Assembly: GCA_937973635.1 (NCBI GenBank)
Contig: CALJJZ010000017.1
Span: 66,064 to 130,063 of the forward strand
Reading direction: 5' to 3'
Origin: an uncultured Bacillota bacterium
Lineage (GTDB): Bacteria; Bacillota; Dethiobacteria; DTU022; UBA8154
Length of the DNA: 64,000 bases
Part shown: positions 19,448 to 29,134 of the stretch, piece by piece
How the letters are laid out: the number at the start of each line of letters is the position of its first letter
How positions within the stretch are numbered: position 1 is the first letter of the stretch
Notes under the pieces: model-generated
Seen by the model: the letters and a program-made list of their open reading frames with translations, nothing else
Database searches by the model: none
What the model was told of the DNA's origin: nothing
Made by a program: the position numbers and the translations under genes

Positions 19448-20776
19448 ATGGGTTTGACAGGATTGGAAATATTTAAGCACCTGCCCAAAACAAACTGTAA
19501 GGCCTGCGGTTTTCCCACTTGCCTGGCCTTTGCCATGGCCCTGGCTAACGGCAAGGCTTCCCTCGATGCCTGCCCCGATGTTTCGGAAGCAGCGAAGGAA
19601 GCCCTCTCTTCCGCTTCCGCCCCGCCGATCCGCCTCGTTAAGGTCGGCACGGGCGACAATGTTGTAGAGCTGGGGGACGAAACGGAGATCTTCCGCCATG
19701 ACAAGCGCTTCAACCACCCCACGGCTGTGGCCATTGTAGTTAATGACACCGATGACGTGGCCGCCAGGCTGGAAGCCATCGACGCCCTCACCTTTGAGCG
19801 GGTCGGCCAGCAATACAAGCTAGAGATGGTGGCCCTGGTCAATGCTTCCGGGGATGCGGGCAAATTCAAGACAGCCGTGGAAGCGGCAGTTGCCAAAACG
19901 GCCAAGAACTTTGTCCTTGTCTGTGAAGACGCCGCCGCCATGGAAGGAGCCCTGTCGGCAGCCGCTGCGCGCAAGCCCCTTCTCTATGCTGCCAACAAAG
20001 ACAACTACGAGAAAATGACGCAGCTGGCCATGGCCAATGGCTGTGCTCTGGCCGTTAAAGCGGCCAACCTGGATGAACTGGAAACCCTGGTGGAAAAAAT
20101 TGTGGCCCTGGGGCATAAGGACCTCGTCCTTGATCCCGGTTCCCGGACAACGAGCAAGGTTATTGCCGATATGACCCAGATCCGCCGCCTGGCCGTGCGT
20201 AAAAAATTCCGTACCTTTGGTTATCCCACCATTGCTTTTACTTCCAAGGAAGACGAGCAGGCGGAGCTGCTTCAGGCTGTGGCCTATATCGCCAAGTACA
20301 CCAGCGTGCTGGTGGTCAAGACGGCGAAAAAAGAGCTGCTCCTGCCCCTTTTGAGCTGGAGGGCTAACCTCTTTACCGACCCGCAGAAACCGGTAGCCGT
20401 GGAACCAGGGCTGCATGTCATCGGCGATGCGGGCCCCGACTCTCCCGTTTACTGCACCACCAACTTCTCCCTTACCTATTACCTGGTGGAAGGAGAAGTG
20501 GATGCCACTCGAATTCCCAGCTATATCATCTCCGTGGATACGGGCGGTATCTCTGTGCTCACCGCCTATGCCGACAACAAATTCACCGCTGAAAAGATCG
20601 CCAAGGCTATCAAAGACCTGGGCATGGAAGACAAGGTCAAGCACCGCAAGATCGTGATCCCCGGCGCGGTGGCCGTCCTTAAAGGCAAACTGGAAGATGA
20701 ATCGGGCTGGGAAGTTATTGTGGGCCCGCGGGAATCCTCCGGCATCCAGAAATTTGCCAAAGCCCAGTTTGCTTAA
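19448..20776 (+). CDS. acsC: Corrinoid iron-sulfur protein large subunit (AcsC)
   Basis: N-terminal 4Fe-4S motif CKACGFPTCLAFA...C; 442 aa. Confidence 0.9.
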   Translation: MGLTGLEIFKHLPKTNCKACGFPTCLAFAMALANGKASLDACPDVSEAAKEALSSASAPPIRLVKVGTGDNVVELGDETEIFRHDKRFNHPTAVAIVVNDTDDVAARLEAIDALTFERVGQQYKLEMVALVNASGDAGKFKTAVEAAVAKTAKNFVLVCEDAAAMEGALSAAAARKPLLYAANKDNYEKMTQLAMANGCALAVKAANLDELETLVEKIVALGHKDLVLDPGSRTTSKVIADMTQIRRLAVRKKFRTFGYPTIAFTSKEDEQAELLQAVAYIAKYTSVLVVKTAKKELLLPLLSWRANLFTDPQKPVAVEPGLHVIGDAGPDSPVYCTTNFSLTYYLVEGEVDATRIPSYIISVDTGGISVLTAYADNKFTAEKIAKAIKDLGMEDKVKHRKIVIPGAVAVLKGKLEDESGWEVIVGPRESSGIQKFAKAQFA

Positions 20777-20855
20777 AGCTTACTCCGCTTAAAGAGGCAG
20801 GACCTGCCCTGCGGGCGTGAAGTATGCCTAAAAACGAAGAGAAAGGAGAAGAGCA

Positions 20856-21833
20856 ATGGCTGTGGAAATTCTGAAAGAAAAATATAGAAGCCAGGTGCGG
20901 GAGGTTGTGCTGGGTGCCACCAGCGCCGAAGGGGGCACACGCTCCCATACGATTAAGGTTGGAGGCGAGGCAGCTCTTCCTTTCCTGCATTTTGAAGGGG
21001 AGACCCCCAACCGCCCCGTAGTGGCCATGGAAGTATGGGACATTGTCCCTGAGGACTGGCCCGCCAGCCTTAAAGCCTACTTTGAAGATGTTTACCATGA
21101 CCCGGCAGCCTGGGCAAAGAAGTGCGTGGAAGTTTACGGTGCTGATCTCATTGCCCTGCGTTTCAAGAGCGCCGATCCCGATATTAAAGATTCTTCAGCG
21201 GAAGACTGTATCGCTACCCTGAAGAAGGTACTGGCTGCGGTAGGTGTACCCTTAATCGTATACGGCTGCGGTAAAGCGGACAAGGACAATACCATCATGG
21301 GGCCGCTGGCCGAGGCCGCCGAAGGCGAAAACCTGCTCCTCGGTGTGGCCGAAGCGGAAAATTACAAGGCTGTGGCCAGTGCGGCTATGGCTTACAAGCA
21401 CTCCATCATTGCCCAGTCCCCCATCGACATCAATATTGCCAAACAGCTGAATATTCTTATCTCCGAGATGAGCACGCCCCTTCTGGACCGTATCGTCATT
21501 GACCCCACCATCGCCGCCCTGGGCTACGGCCTGGAGTACAGCTATTCCATTATGGAGCGGGCCCGCTTTGGCGCCCTTAACGGCGACCGTATGCTGGCTA
21601 TGCCCATGATCGGCAATGTGGGCAACGAGGTTTGGGTGAAAAAAGAAGCGTCTATCTCCGCTGAAGAGCAGCCGGGCTGGGGCGACCAGGCCGAGCGCTC
21701 CATGGCCTGGGAGGCGACGACGGCCATGGCCCTGCTGCAGGCGGGCATGGATATCCTGGTGATGCGCCATCCCCGTGCTGTCGAGCTGATCAAGGAAGCC
21801 ATTGACGACCTGATGCAGGATAACAGCTACTAA
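20856..21833 (+). CDS. acsD: Corrinoid iron-sulfur protein small subunit (AcsD)
   Basis: TIM-barrel CFeSP delta subunit signature; 325 aa; gene order. Confidence 0.9.
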   Translation: MAVEILKEKYRSQVREVVLGATSAEGGTRSHTIKVGGEAALPFLHFEGETPNRPVVAMEVWDIVPEDWPASLKAYFEDVYHDPAAWAKKCVEVYGADLIALRFKSADPDIKDSSAEDCIATLKKVLAAVGVPLIVYGCGKADKDNTIMGPLAEAAEGENLLLGVAEAENYKAVASAAMAYKHSIIAQSPIDINIAKQLNILISEMSTPLLDRIVIDPTIAALGYGLEYSYSIMERARFGALNGDRMLAMPMIGNVGNEVWVKKEASISAEEQPGWGDQAERSMAWEATTAMALLQAGMDILVMRHPRAVELIKEAIDDLMQDNSY

Positions 21834-21886
21834 GTTTTTCAGGAGATTGCGGCGATTAATCTCAACTTCGATTATCTCAACAGTGA

Positions 21887-22696
<810 letters not shown>

Positions 22697-22841
22697 CCAG
22701 GAGCACAGTTTGACTATGGGGGCCGGGAGGTTCCTTTTCCCACCGGCCCCTTTTCCTGGAGAGAGAGAAGACGGGAGCCTCAGGATATTCTGCATTCTGA
22801 CGGCTGAGTCTGCATACCTGACCTGAGGGAAGGTGAGAAAA

Positions 22842-23519
22842 ATGATTGTAGGAGAGAGGAAGCCCCTGGCGGAGATCGCCGAGATGCTTAAAGGCTTTAA
22901 AAAGGTCTGCGTTTTAGGATGCGGTACCTGCGTGACGGTCTGCCTCTCCGGCGGGGAGAAAGAAGCGGCGGAGACAGCGGCAGCCCTTTCCCTGCTCTGG
23001 CAGAAGGAAGGGAAAGACGGCGAAATCAAAACGGGCACGATGCTGCGCCAGTGCGAATACGAATATATCGACGAATATGCCGGAAGGCTGGAAGAATATG
23101 ACGCCATAGTTTCCCTGGCCTGCGGTGTGGGTGTGCAGGCCATGGCCACCAGACTCCCGGACAAAATTATTCTTCCCGGGCTGAATACGCAGTTTATGGG
23201 TTATCCTGTGGAACAGGGCGTGTGGAAGGAAAACTGCCTGGGCTGCGGCGACTGCGTACTGGACCTGACCCTGGGAATCTGCCCCATTACCCGTTGTTCT
23301 AAAAGTATGCTCAACGGGCCCTGCGGCGGCTCTCAGGACGGCAAGTGCGAAGTGAGCAAGGACGTGGACTGTGCCTGGCATTTGATCTATGAACGGCTGC
23401 TGAAAATGAATATGCTGGAGCGGATGGAGGCAGTCCAGCCCCCGAAGGACTGGTCCAAATCGCACCATGGCAGCGTGAGAACAAGGGTAAGGGAGGATGT
23501 CAGAGTTGACAGCCAGTAA
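22842..23519 (+). CDS. metV: Methylene-THF reductase small cysteine-rich subunit MetV
   Basis: Cys clusters CGTCVTVC, CLGCGDC, CPITRC, NGPCGG; about 225 aa; directly upstream of and overlapping metF. Confidence 0.75.
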   Translation: MIVGERKPLAEIAEMLKGFKKVCVLGCGTCVTVCLSGGEKEAAETAAALSLLWQKEGKDGEIKTGTMLRQCEYEYIDEYAGRLEEYDAIVSLACGVGVQAMATRLPDKIILPGLNTQFMGYPVEQGVWKENCLGCGDCVLDLTLGICPITRCSKSMLNGPCGGSQDGKCEVSKDVDCAWHLIYERLLKMNMLERMEAVQPPKDWSKSHHGSVRTRVREDVRVDSQ

Positions 23520-24426
23520 CCTGCAAAAAATGCTTGAGAGCGGCAACTTTGCTGTTTCGGGGGAACTGGGGCCGCCCAAGAGTGCAGACATTACCCAGTT
23601 GAAGCACCATGCCCATGATATGCGCAACCATGTGGACGCCTATAATATCACCGACAACCAGACAGCCATTGTACGTACCTCCAGCATCGGTGTGGCGGCC
23701 ACGCTCATCCAGATGGGCCTGGAACCCACCGTGCAGATGACCGTACGGGATCGTAACCGTATCTGCCTGCAGAGCGACCTGCTGGGTGCCGTCAGCTTTG
23801 GCGTGCGCAATTTCCTCTGCCTGCAGGGAGACCACGCCAAATTCGGCAATGAGCCGGGCAGCAAGAACGTAAATGACGTGGACTCCATGCAGTGGCTCCA
23901 GGCTGTAAAAAATATGCGGGACGAAGGGGTCTTTATCGGCGGGGAGAAACTGGAACACCCGCTGCCCCCTATTTTTATCGGGGCCGTGGTCAACCCCTTT
24001 GCCGACCCCTTTGAATACCGCCCCTATCGACTGGCCAAGAAAATTGCCGCCGGAGCCCAGTTTGTCCAGACCCAGTGTATTTTCGACATCGACCGTTTTG
24101 AAAGGTGGATGGCCAAGGTCAGGGAACTGGGCCTGCACAAGAAAGTGCATATCATCGGCGGTGTTACCCCAATTAAGTCCATCGGCGCCGCCCGCTATAT
24201 GCAGAATAACGTTTCCGGCATGATCGTACCGGAAGAGCTGATCACCCGGCTTAAAGGCGCCCAGGACAAGAAGCAGGAAGGAATCAACATCGCCGTGGAA
24301 ACGATCCAGCGCCTGCGCGAGATCGAAGGGGTGGCCGGCGTACACATTATGGCCATCGCCTGGGAAGAAGTGGTTCCCGAGATTGTGGAGCGGGCCGGAC
24401 TTTATCCCCGTCCCGCCCTTGCCTGA
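23497..24426 (+). CDS. metF: 5,10-methylenetetrahydrofolate reductase MetF
   Basis: FAVSGELGPPK, TIM-barrel MTHFR signature; 309 aa. Confidence 0.85.
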   Translation: MSELTASNLQKMLESGNFAVSGELGPPKSADITQLKHHAHDMRNHVDAYNITDNQTAIVRTSSIGVAATLIQMGLEPTVQMTVRDRNRICLQSDLLGAVSFGVRNFLCLQGDHAKFGNEPGSKNVNDVDSMQWLQAVKNMRDEGVFIGGEKLEHPLPPIFIGAVVNPFADPFEYRPYRLAKKIAAGAQFVQTQCIFDIDRFERWMAKVRELGLHKKVHIIGGVTPIKSIGAARYMQNNVSGMIVPEELITRLKGAQDKKQEGINIAVETIQRLREIEGVAGVHIMAIAWEEVVPEIVERAGLYPRPALA

Positions 24427-24451
24427 AATTAACCGGAAATTAAGCCGTAAA

Positions 24452-24482
24452 AAGAGAGGCCCGCAAGGGCCTCTCTTTTTGC
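24452..24482 (+). terminator. Rho-independent terminator after metF
   Basis: AAGAGAGGCCC-GCAA-GGGCCTCTCTT hairpin followed by TTTT. Confidence 0.7.
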
Positions 24483-24684
24483 GGCGGGGCACAAGCATTT
24501 TATGGGGTGCAGCTCCATCCGCCGGCTGTTTATACAAAGGCAGTGCCGCAGGCAAAAATCCTGTAAATGTGGAGGTAACGGCAGCAGTGGCAGCGACGGC
24601 GGCTTCCGGCGGGGACGATCTTTTTCCCTTTGCAGGAATTGGCGCTCCGGGGGAGAAATAAATAAAACTAAGGAGGTTTTCCCT

Positions 24685-25665
24685 TTGGGCAAGCAGTTTG
24701 TCAGGGATTTAAAGGTGGGCAGTTATGTGCAGTCTCAGTTTTTCGTCGCTGATGTGGCCGAGCTGCCCTATTCCTCTCCCGGCCGTAGCGGCGAGTCATT
24801 CCTTAAGATCACGTTGGGAGACATCAGCGGCACCATTAAAGGCATGATCTGGGATCGTTCCATTGTGCACGAACCCATCTATGTCGATGACGTGCTTTAC
24901 ATCTGCGGCGAAGTAAAGGACTATTTTGGCCCCCAGCTCAATATTAGCAGTTACGAAAAAGTGGAGCGGGAGAAAATAAAAAGGTCTTATTTTCAACAGG
25001 TAAGTGCCCGGGACCCGGAAGAGATGTGGCGGGAGCTGCAGCAGATTACCGCAACGGCGGTAAAAGACAACTACCTTGCTGCTCTCCTTGACCGTTTCTT
25101 TGCTGATACGGAGCTCTCTGCCCGCTTCAAGCTGGCCCCTGCTGCCCGTGTGATCCACCATAACTATCTGGGGGGGCTCCTGGAACATACCCTGGAAGTG
25201 ATAACGATCTGCCGCCACGCTGCCACACTCTATCCCCGGCAGTTAAACGAGTCCCTGCTGGTAAGCGGGGCTATCTTCCATGATTTGGGCAAGATAGAAG
25301 AGTATAATCTGGAAAGTCTCTCTTTCCAGCAGACAGACCGGGGCCGCCTGCTCGGGCATATTGCCATCGGCCTGGAGCTGCTGCAGCAAAAAATCAGCGA
25401 AATCATCGGCTTTCCCCGGGGGCTGAAAATGGAACTGGAGCATATAATACTCAGCCATCACGGGGAAAAGGAATGGGGGTCGCCGGAAATCCCTCAGACC
25501 TTTGAGGCTTTTACCCTTTTCCACGCCGACCTGCTCAGCGCCCGCCTGAAACAATTTGCCCAGGTGATGGGCAACAGCGGTGCCGCCGACGGCGCCTGGA
25601 CAAAAAGGGACCGTTTCTTAAAACGCAGCATTTTTTTGGCCGGCGAGGCGGGCGAAATTATGTAA
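24685..25665 (+). CDS. YhaM-like 3'-5' exonuclease (OB-fold plus HD domain)
   Basis: N-terminal OB-fold, C-terminal HD motif (IFHDLGK...HHGE...HADL); TTG 24685 after AGGAGG RBS (ORF track start 24502). Confidence 0.7.
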   Translation: MGKQFVRDLKVGSYVQSQFFVADVAELPYSSPGRSGESFLKITLGDISGTIKGMIWDRSIVHEPIYVDDVLYICGEVKDYFGPQLNISSYEKVEREKIKRSYFQQVSARDPEEMWRELQQITATAVKDNYLAALLDRFFADTELSARFKLAPAARVIHHNYLGGLLEHTLEVITICRHAATLYPRQLNESLLVSGAIFHDLGKIEEYNLESLSFQQTDRGRLLGHIAIGLELLQQKISEIIGFPRGLKMELEHIILSHHGEKEWGSPEIPQTFEAFTLFHADLLSARLKQFAQVMGNSGAADGAWTKRDRFLKRSIFLAGEAGEIM

Positions 25666-25744
25666 AAAAATAACTGCCCCGGCAGGAAAAGCATCCCGCC
25701 TCACAGAAATATTAACAAAAGAAAATTTTAGCTGTATAATTCAG

Positions 25745-26908
25745 GTGTTATCCGTTAAAAATGTGGTGATGATGAAGATGAAAAAACAAAAAAAAGCAGC
25801 CAGCCGGGTGGTCCCCTTTCTGAGGCAAGCCGCCTACTACTTTGACAAAGGTAATAATTATTATCGCCAGAACAAAATGGCCAAGGCGCTCCTTTTTTTT
25901 AACAAAACGGTGGAAGTGGATCCCGGCAACTCCCTCTACCACTACAACCTGGCCTGTATCCTCAGCCGTATGGGCTACCTGGAAAGGGCGAATAAAATCT
26001 TTTCCCGTATCGTCAACCAGATGGACCCCACGCTCACCGACTGTTATTTTCTTATGGCCGTTAACCACGGCCTGATGGATGAGCTGGAAAAAGCCCGCTT
26101 TTATCTAAACATGTACTTGCAGCTTGCCCCCGATGGAGAGATGGTGGAAGATGCGGAAGAGCTGCTCTTTGCCCTGAACGAAGAAGAATTTATCAGCACA
26201 GGTGCGCTGGAAGAAGCCGGAGAAGCGCCCAGGGTAAGCCTCTGCGCCGAAGAAGAAGAAATCCTCTGCCGTTACAGGGAGGATGAAGCCATGCGCCGCT
26301 TTCTCTGGCAGTCCCTTTACCATGAGAATACGCAGCTGGTGGAGAGAGCGATTCGCCTGTACGGGTTTTTACGGGAGGCGGGCGGTGAACGGAACCTCAA
26401 AGAGTTTGTGCGCAATCCCTGGATTAAGCAGCGTATGCGTATTCAGGCCCTGCTGGAACTTAAAAATATGGGCGTCAGGGGTTTGCTCACCGTTTATATG
26501 GACGGTGCCCTGCGAGAGATAGACCTTGGTTATTATCCCCTGCTGCCGCCTCGCTGGCTGGGGCAGTGGCAGGAGGTCCTTAATTTAGCTCTGACCAACA
26601 TGCAGCGCAGCAATTCCTACGACGAGCTCTTTTACGAAGACGCCCAGGCCATCTGGATTGACTATATCAACAACATTTATCCCCGGGCCCCCGGTATCAA
26701 GAAAAAAGAAAGCTGGGCGGCGGCACTGGAGTATGCCCTGGCCCGCTATCATTTTCTGGACCTGACGCAGAAAAAACTGGCAGACCAGTACGGGGTTTCC
26801 ACGGCAAGCATTTCCACGCACTACCGGGAGTTCAACAGGATCCTTAATATCGAACACCGGGCATACCATAATATACTGCGCTACCTGGCGCAGCGAGAGC
26901 CCGATTAA
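25745..26908 (+). CDS. TPR-repeat protein with C-terminal helix-turn-helix
   Basis: N-terminal TPR-like repeats (AAYYFDKGNNYYRQNKMAKALLFFNKTVEVDPGNSLYHYNLACIL...); C-terminal HTH-like segment LTQKKLADQYGVSTASISTHYREF. Confidence 0.55.
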   Translation: MLSVKNVVMMKMKKQKKAASRVVPFLRQAAYYFDKGNNYYRQNKMAKALLFFNKTVEVDPGNSLYHYNLACILSRMGYLERANKIFSRIVNQMDPTLTDCYFLMAVNHGLMDELEKARFYLNMYLQLAPDGEMVEDAEELLFALNEEEFISTGALEEAGEAPRVSLCAEEEEILCRYREDEAMRRFLWQSLYHENTQLVERAIRLYGFLREAGGERNLKEFVRNPWIKQRMRIQALLELKNMGVRGLLTVYMDGALREIDLGYYPLLPPRWLGQWQEVLNLALTNMQRSNSYDELFYEDAQAIWIDYINNIYPRAPGIKKKESWAAALEYALARYHFLDLTQKKLADQYGVSTASISTHYREFNRILNIEHRAYHNILRYLAQREPD

Positions 26909-26920
26909 AACCGGAAGGGC

Positions 26921-26958
26921 GCCTCCTTTTACTGCCGGAAGGAGGCTTTTTATTTTTT
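26921..26958 (+). terminator. Rho-independent terminator after the TPR gene
   Basis: GCCTCCTT-N10-AAGGAGGC perfect stem followed by TTTTTATTTTTT. Confidence 0.6.
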
Positions 26959-26977
26959 GGAAAAGAGGGATGAAGGG

Positions 26978-27373
26978 TTGCAGGAATTTAATCTGAGCAT
27001 TAAAACAAAAAAACGCCTTGAATTTTGCGACATTACCGCAGAGGTTAATAAAATCCTGCAGCAGCAAGGGGTTGGTGACGGCGTCATCTTTCTTTTTGTC
27101 CCCCACACCACTGCAGCGGTAACTGTTAACGAGGGGGCGGATCCCGACGTAATTGCCGATCTGTCCGCTGCTCTGGAGAGGCTGGTACCCCGGACGGGGA
27201 GTTACAGGCATACGGAAGGCAACAGCGACGCCCATATTAAGGCTTCGCTCCTCGGTTGTGGCCTGCACTTGCCGGTTAAAAACGGCAGGCTGGCCCTCGG
27301 CACCTGGCAGTCTGTATTTTTGGCGGAGTTTGACGGCCCGCGCCAGCGGAACCTGCGCCTTTATCTCCCCTAG
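26978..27373 (+). CDS. YjbQ/UPF0047 family protein
   Basis: FNLSIKTKKRLEFCDIT...VPHTTAAVTVNE...HIKASLLG conserved UPF0047 blocks; in-frame TTG 26978 (ORF track start 26957). Confidence 0.75.
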   Translation: MQEFNLSIKTKKRLEFCDITAEVNKILQQQGVGDGVIFLFVPHTTAAVTVNEGADPDVIADLSAALERLVPRTGSYRHTEGNSDAHIKASLLGCGLHLPVKNGRLALGTWQSVFLAEFDGPRQRNLRLYLP

Positions 27374-27382
27374 GTCTTTCTT

Positions 27383-28348
27383 TTATTGCTCCAGCCCCTG
27401 TGAGCTGTCCAACAGAACCTTTTCCCAGAGCAGGCGTACCTCCGGCGGGGAAAGCCCCTCTCCCAGGTAGTAATTGTCCACCCAGATCTCAAAATGGAGG
27501 TGGGCGTCATCCCTGGTGCCCCGGGCCCCATTGCTGGTGCCTGAGTTGCCTACAGTGCCGATAAAGTCTCCCCCTTCTACCATATCCCCGACCTGAAGGG
27601 CCGCTGCCACGGTGTGGAGGTGGCAGTAGCGGGTCAGCACCCCTGCAGTATGGACGATCCATACCTGCCTGCCCCTGAGCTTGTCCAATATTTCTTCAGG
27701 CGTATCCCCGGCGGCGGCGCTTTCCTGCAGCCACTCCTGTCGCTGGACAAATTCAGGTTCAACGTAATCATGGTCAATACGGTAGATAATCCCCGGCCCG
27801 GCCGCATAAACAGGGTCGCCAAAGTTTACGGGGACACCGCAGTAACCGCTGTAATAATCAAGCCCTTCATGGGTCCCGTAGCGATAGGGGCGGGGAGCAC
27901 CGGGCAGCTGTGTATCCCTGCTGCTGATCCCCGCTCCGGGGATGGGGCTCTGCAGGAAAGAGAGCCGGGCAATCAGGGCTTCGTCCCAGGCCGGGAGCTT
28001 ATCCAGGCCCGCCGGGCGGTTCCTGGAAGGCAGGCTAAAAGGAGCAGGCTTGTCCTCCTCTTCCGGGGGGACGGCTGTGTCCGGATCCGCCGGTTTTTCC
28101 GCCGGTTTTACGGGGTTGTACTTTGTTATGCCTGTGGAGGCTGGAAGCAGCTCTGCTTCCAGCATAGTTGTCAGGGCGCTGCCCTTGTTTTTTTCCCCCT
28201 CTTCCTGATGGCCCCCGTCCGTAAAAGAAGGGTGCAGCTTACCCAGTGCCAGCGGGCTGCCGGCAAGAATAAAGGCGCAACAGAGAAAAAATAAAAGAAA
28301 AAAAATGTATATTTTTGTTTTAGCCGTCAACGGCCTCCACCTCCGCAC
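27383..28348 (-). CDS. M23 family metallopeptidase (LytM domain) with N-terminal membrane anchor
   Basis: N-terminal hydrophobic helix; C-terminal M23 motifs HEGLDY, GTVGNSGTSNG, HLHFEI. Confidence 0.8.
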   Translation of the reverse strand: MRRWRPLTAKTKIYIFFLLFFLCCAFILAGSPLALGKLHPSFTDGGHQEEGEKNKGSALTTMLEAELLPASTGITKYNPVKPAEKPADPDTAVPPEEEDKPAPFSLPSRNRPAGLDKLPAWDEALIARLSFLQSPIPGAGISSRDTQLPGAPRPYRYGTHEGLDYYSGYCGVPVNFGDPVYAAGPGIIYRIDHDYVEPEFVQRQEWLQESAAAGDTPEEILDKLRGRQVWIVHTAGVLTRYCHLHTVAAALQVGDMVEGGDFIGTVGNSGTSNGARGTRDDAHLHFEIWVDNYYLGEGLSPPEVRLLWEKVLLDSSQGLEQ

Positions 28349-28494
28349 TTCTCTTTTATTCTACCATAAATCGGGGTAAAATTCATTTTTTTTTGGACGG
28401 TGAAATATTTTACAGGGAGAGAAAATAATGATGGAGGAAGTAAGGAATGTTTTGACGAATACTTTACCCGGAAAAGGAAAAAGGAGGAATTGTC

Positions 28495-29121
28495 TTGTGT
28501 ACGCGAAAGGCCCTGCCCGGGCTTAAAGAGCTGTTTTCCAGACATGACCCCTGGCAGATGGCAGCACAAAGCGGCGCAGATTACGGGCAGGGATGGCTCT
28601 GCTTCAGGTATTGCGGGCTTCCCGTCCGGGTAAGATACCCGCAGGGCGAGGCTTGTATTGACGGACCTCATCTTCCCCTGAACAATGATGAACAAGCCCT
28701 GTTGCTGCAATACCTTATGGCCGCCCGTGGCCTGCCGCCCCGGGGACAGTGGGTTTCTTCCCTTGATCTGCGCGGCGGATCTCTGCACCGGCACTCTTTG
28801 CAGCGGGAGGCATTAACGCCCCTGGCCCGGCATTATCATGACCGGCCGGAAGAGTTCCTGGCAGCGGCCCTCAGACACGGCGGCCAAAAAGTGGAGCAGG
28901 GAGACGCTGCCGTAATGGTCTCTGTGCTGCCGCGCCTTCCCCTTATCTTTATACTCTGGCGCGGCGATGAGGAGTTCCCGCCGCGGGGAAATATCCTCTT
29001 TGATTCCGTCTCCGAAGCCTATCTTGCTACCGCCGCTTTATATGTAATGGCCATCCAGGCGGTGATGCGCATCTGGTTTCCTGGAGAGGCGAGGTTTGCC
29101 CCGCAGGGATTAAAGCAATGA
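28495..29121 (+). CDS. Uncharacterised protein, possibly DUF3786-like, upstream of pyrC
   Basis: ORF with AAGGAGGA RBS and TTG start, same strand, 13-nt gap to pyrC; no motif I can assign with certainty. Confidence 0.4.
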   Translation: MCTRKALPGLKELFSRHDPWQMAAQSGADYGQGWLCFRYCGLPVRVRYPQGEACIDGPHLPLNNDEQALLLQYLMAARGLPPRGQWVSSLDLRGGSLHRHSLQREALTPLARHYHDRPEEFLAAALRHGGQKVEQGDAAVMVSVLPRLPLIFILWRGDEEFPPRGNILFDSVSEAYLATAALYVMAIQAVMRIWFPGEARFAPQGLKQ

Positions 29122-29134
29122 GGAGACGAAAAAA

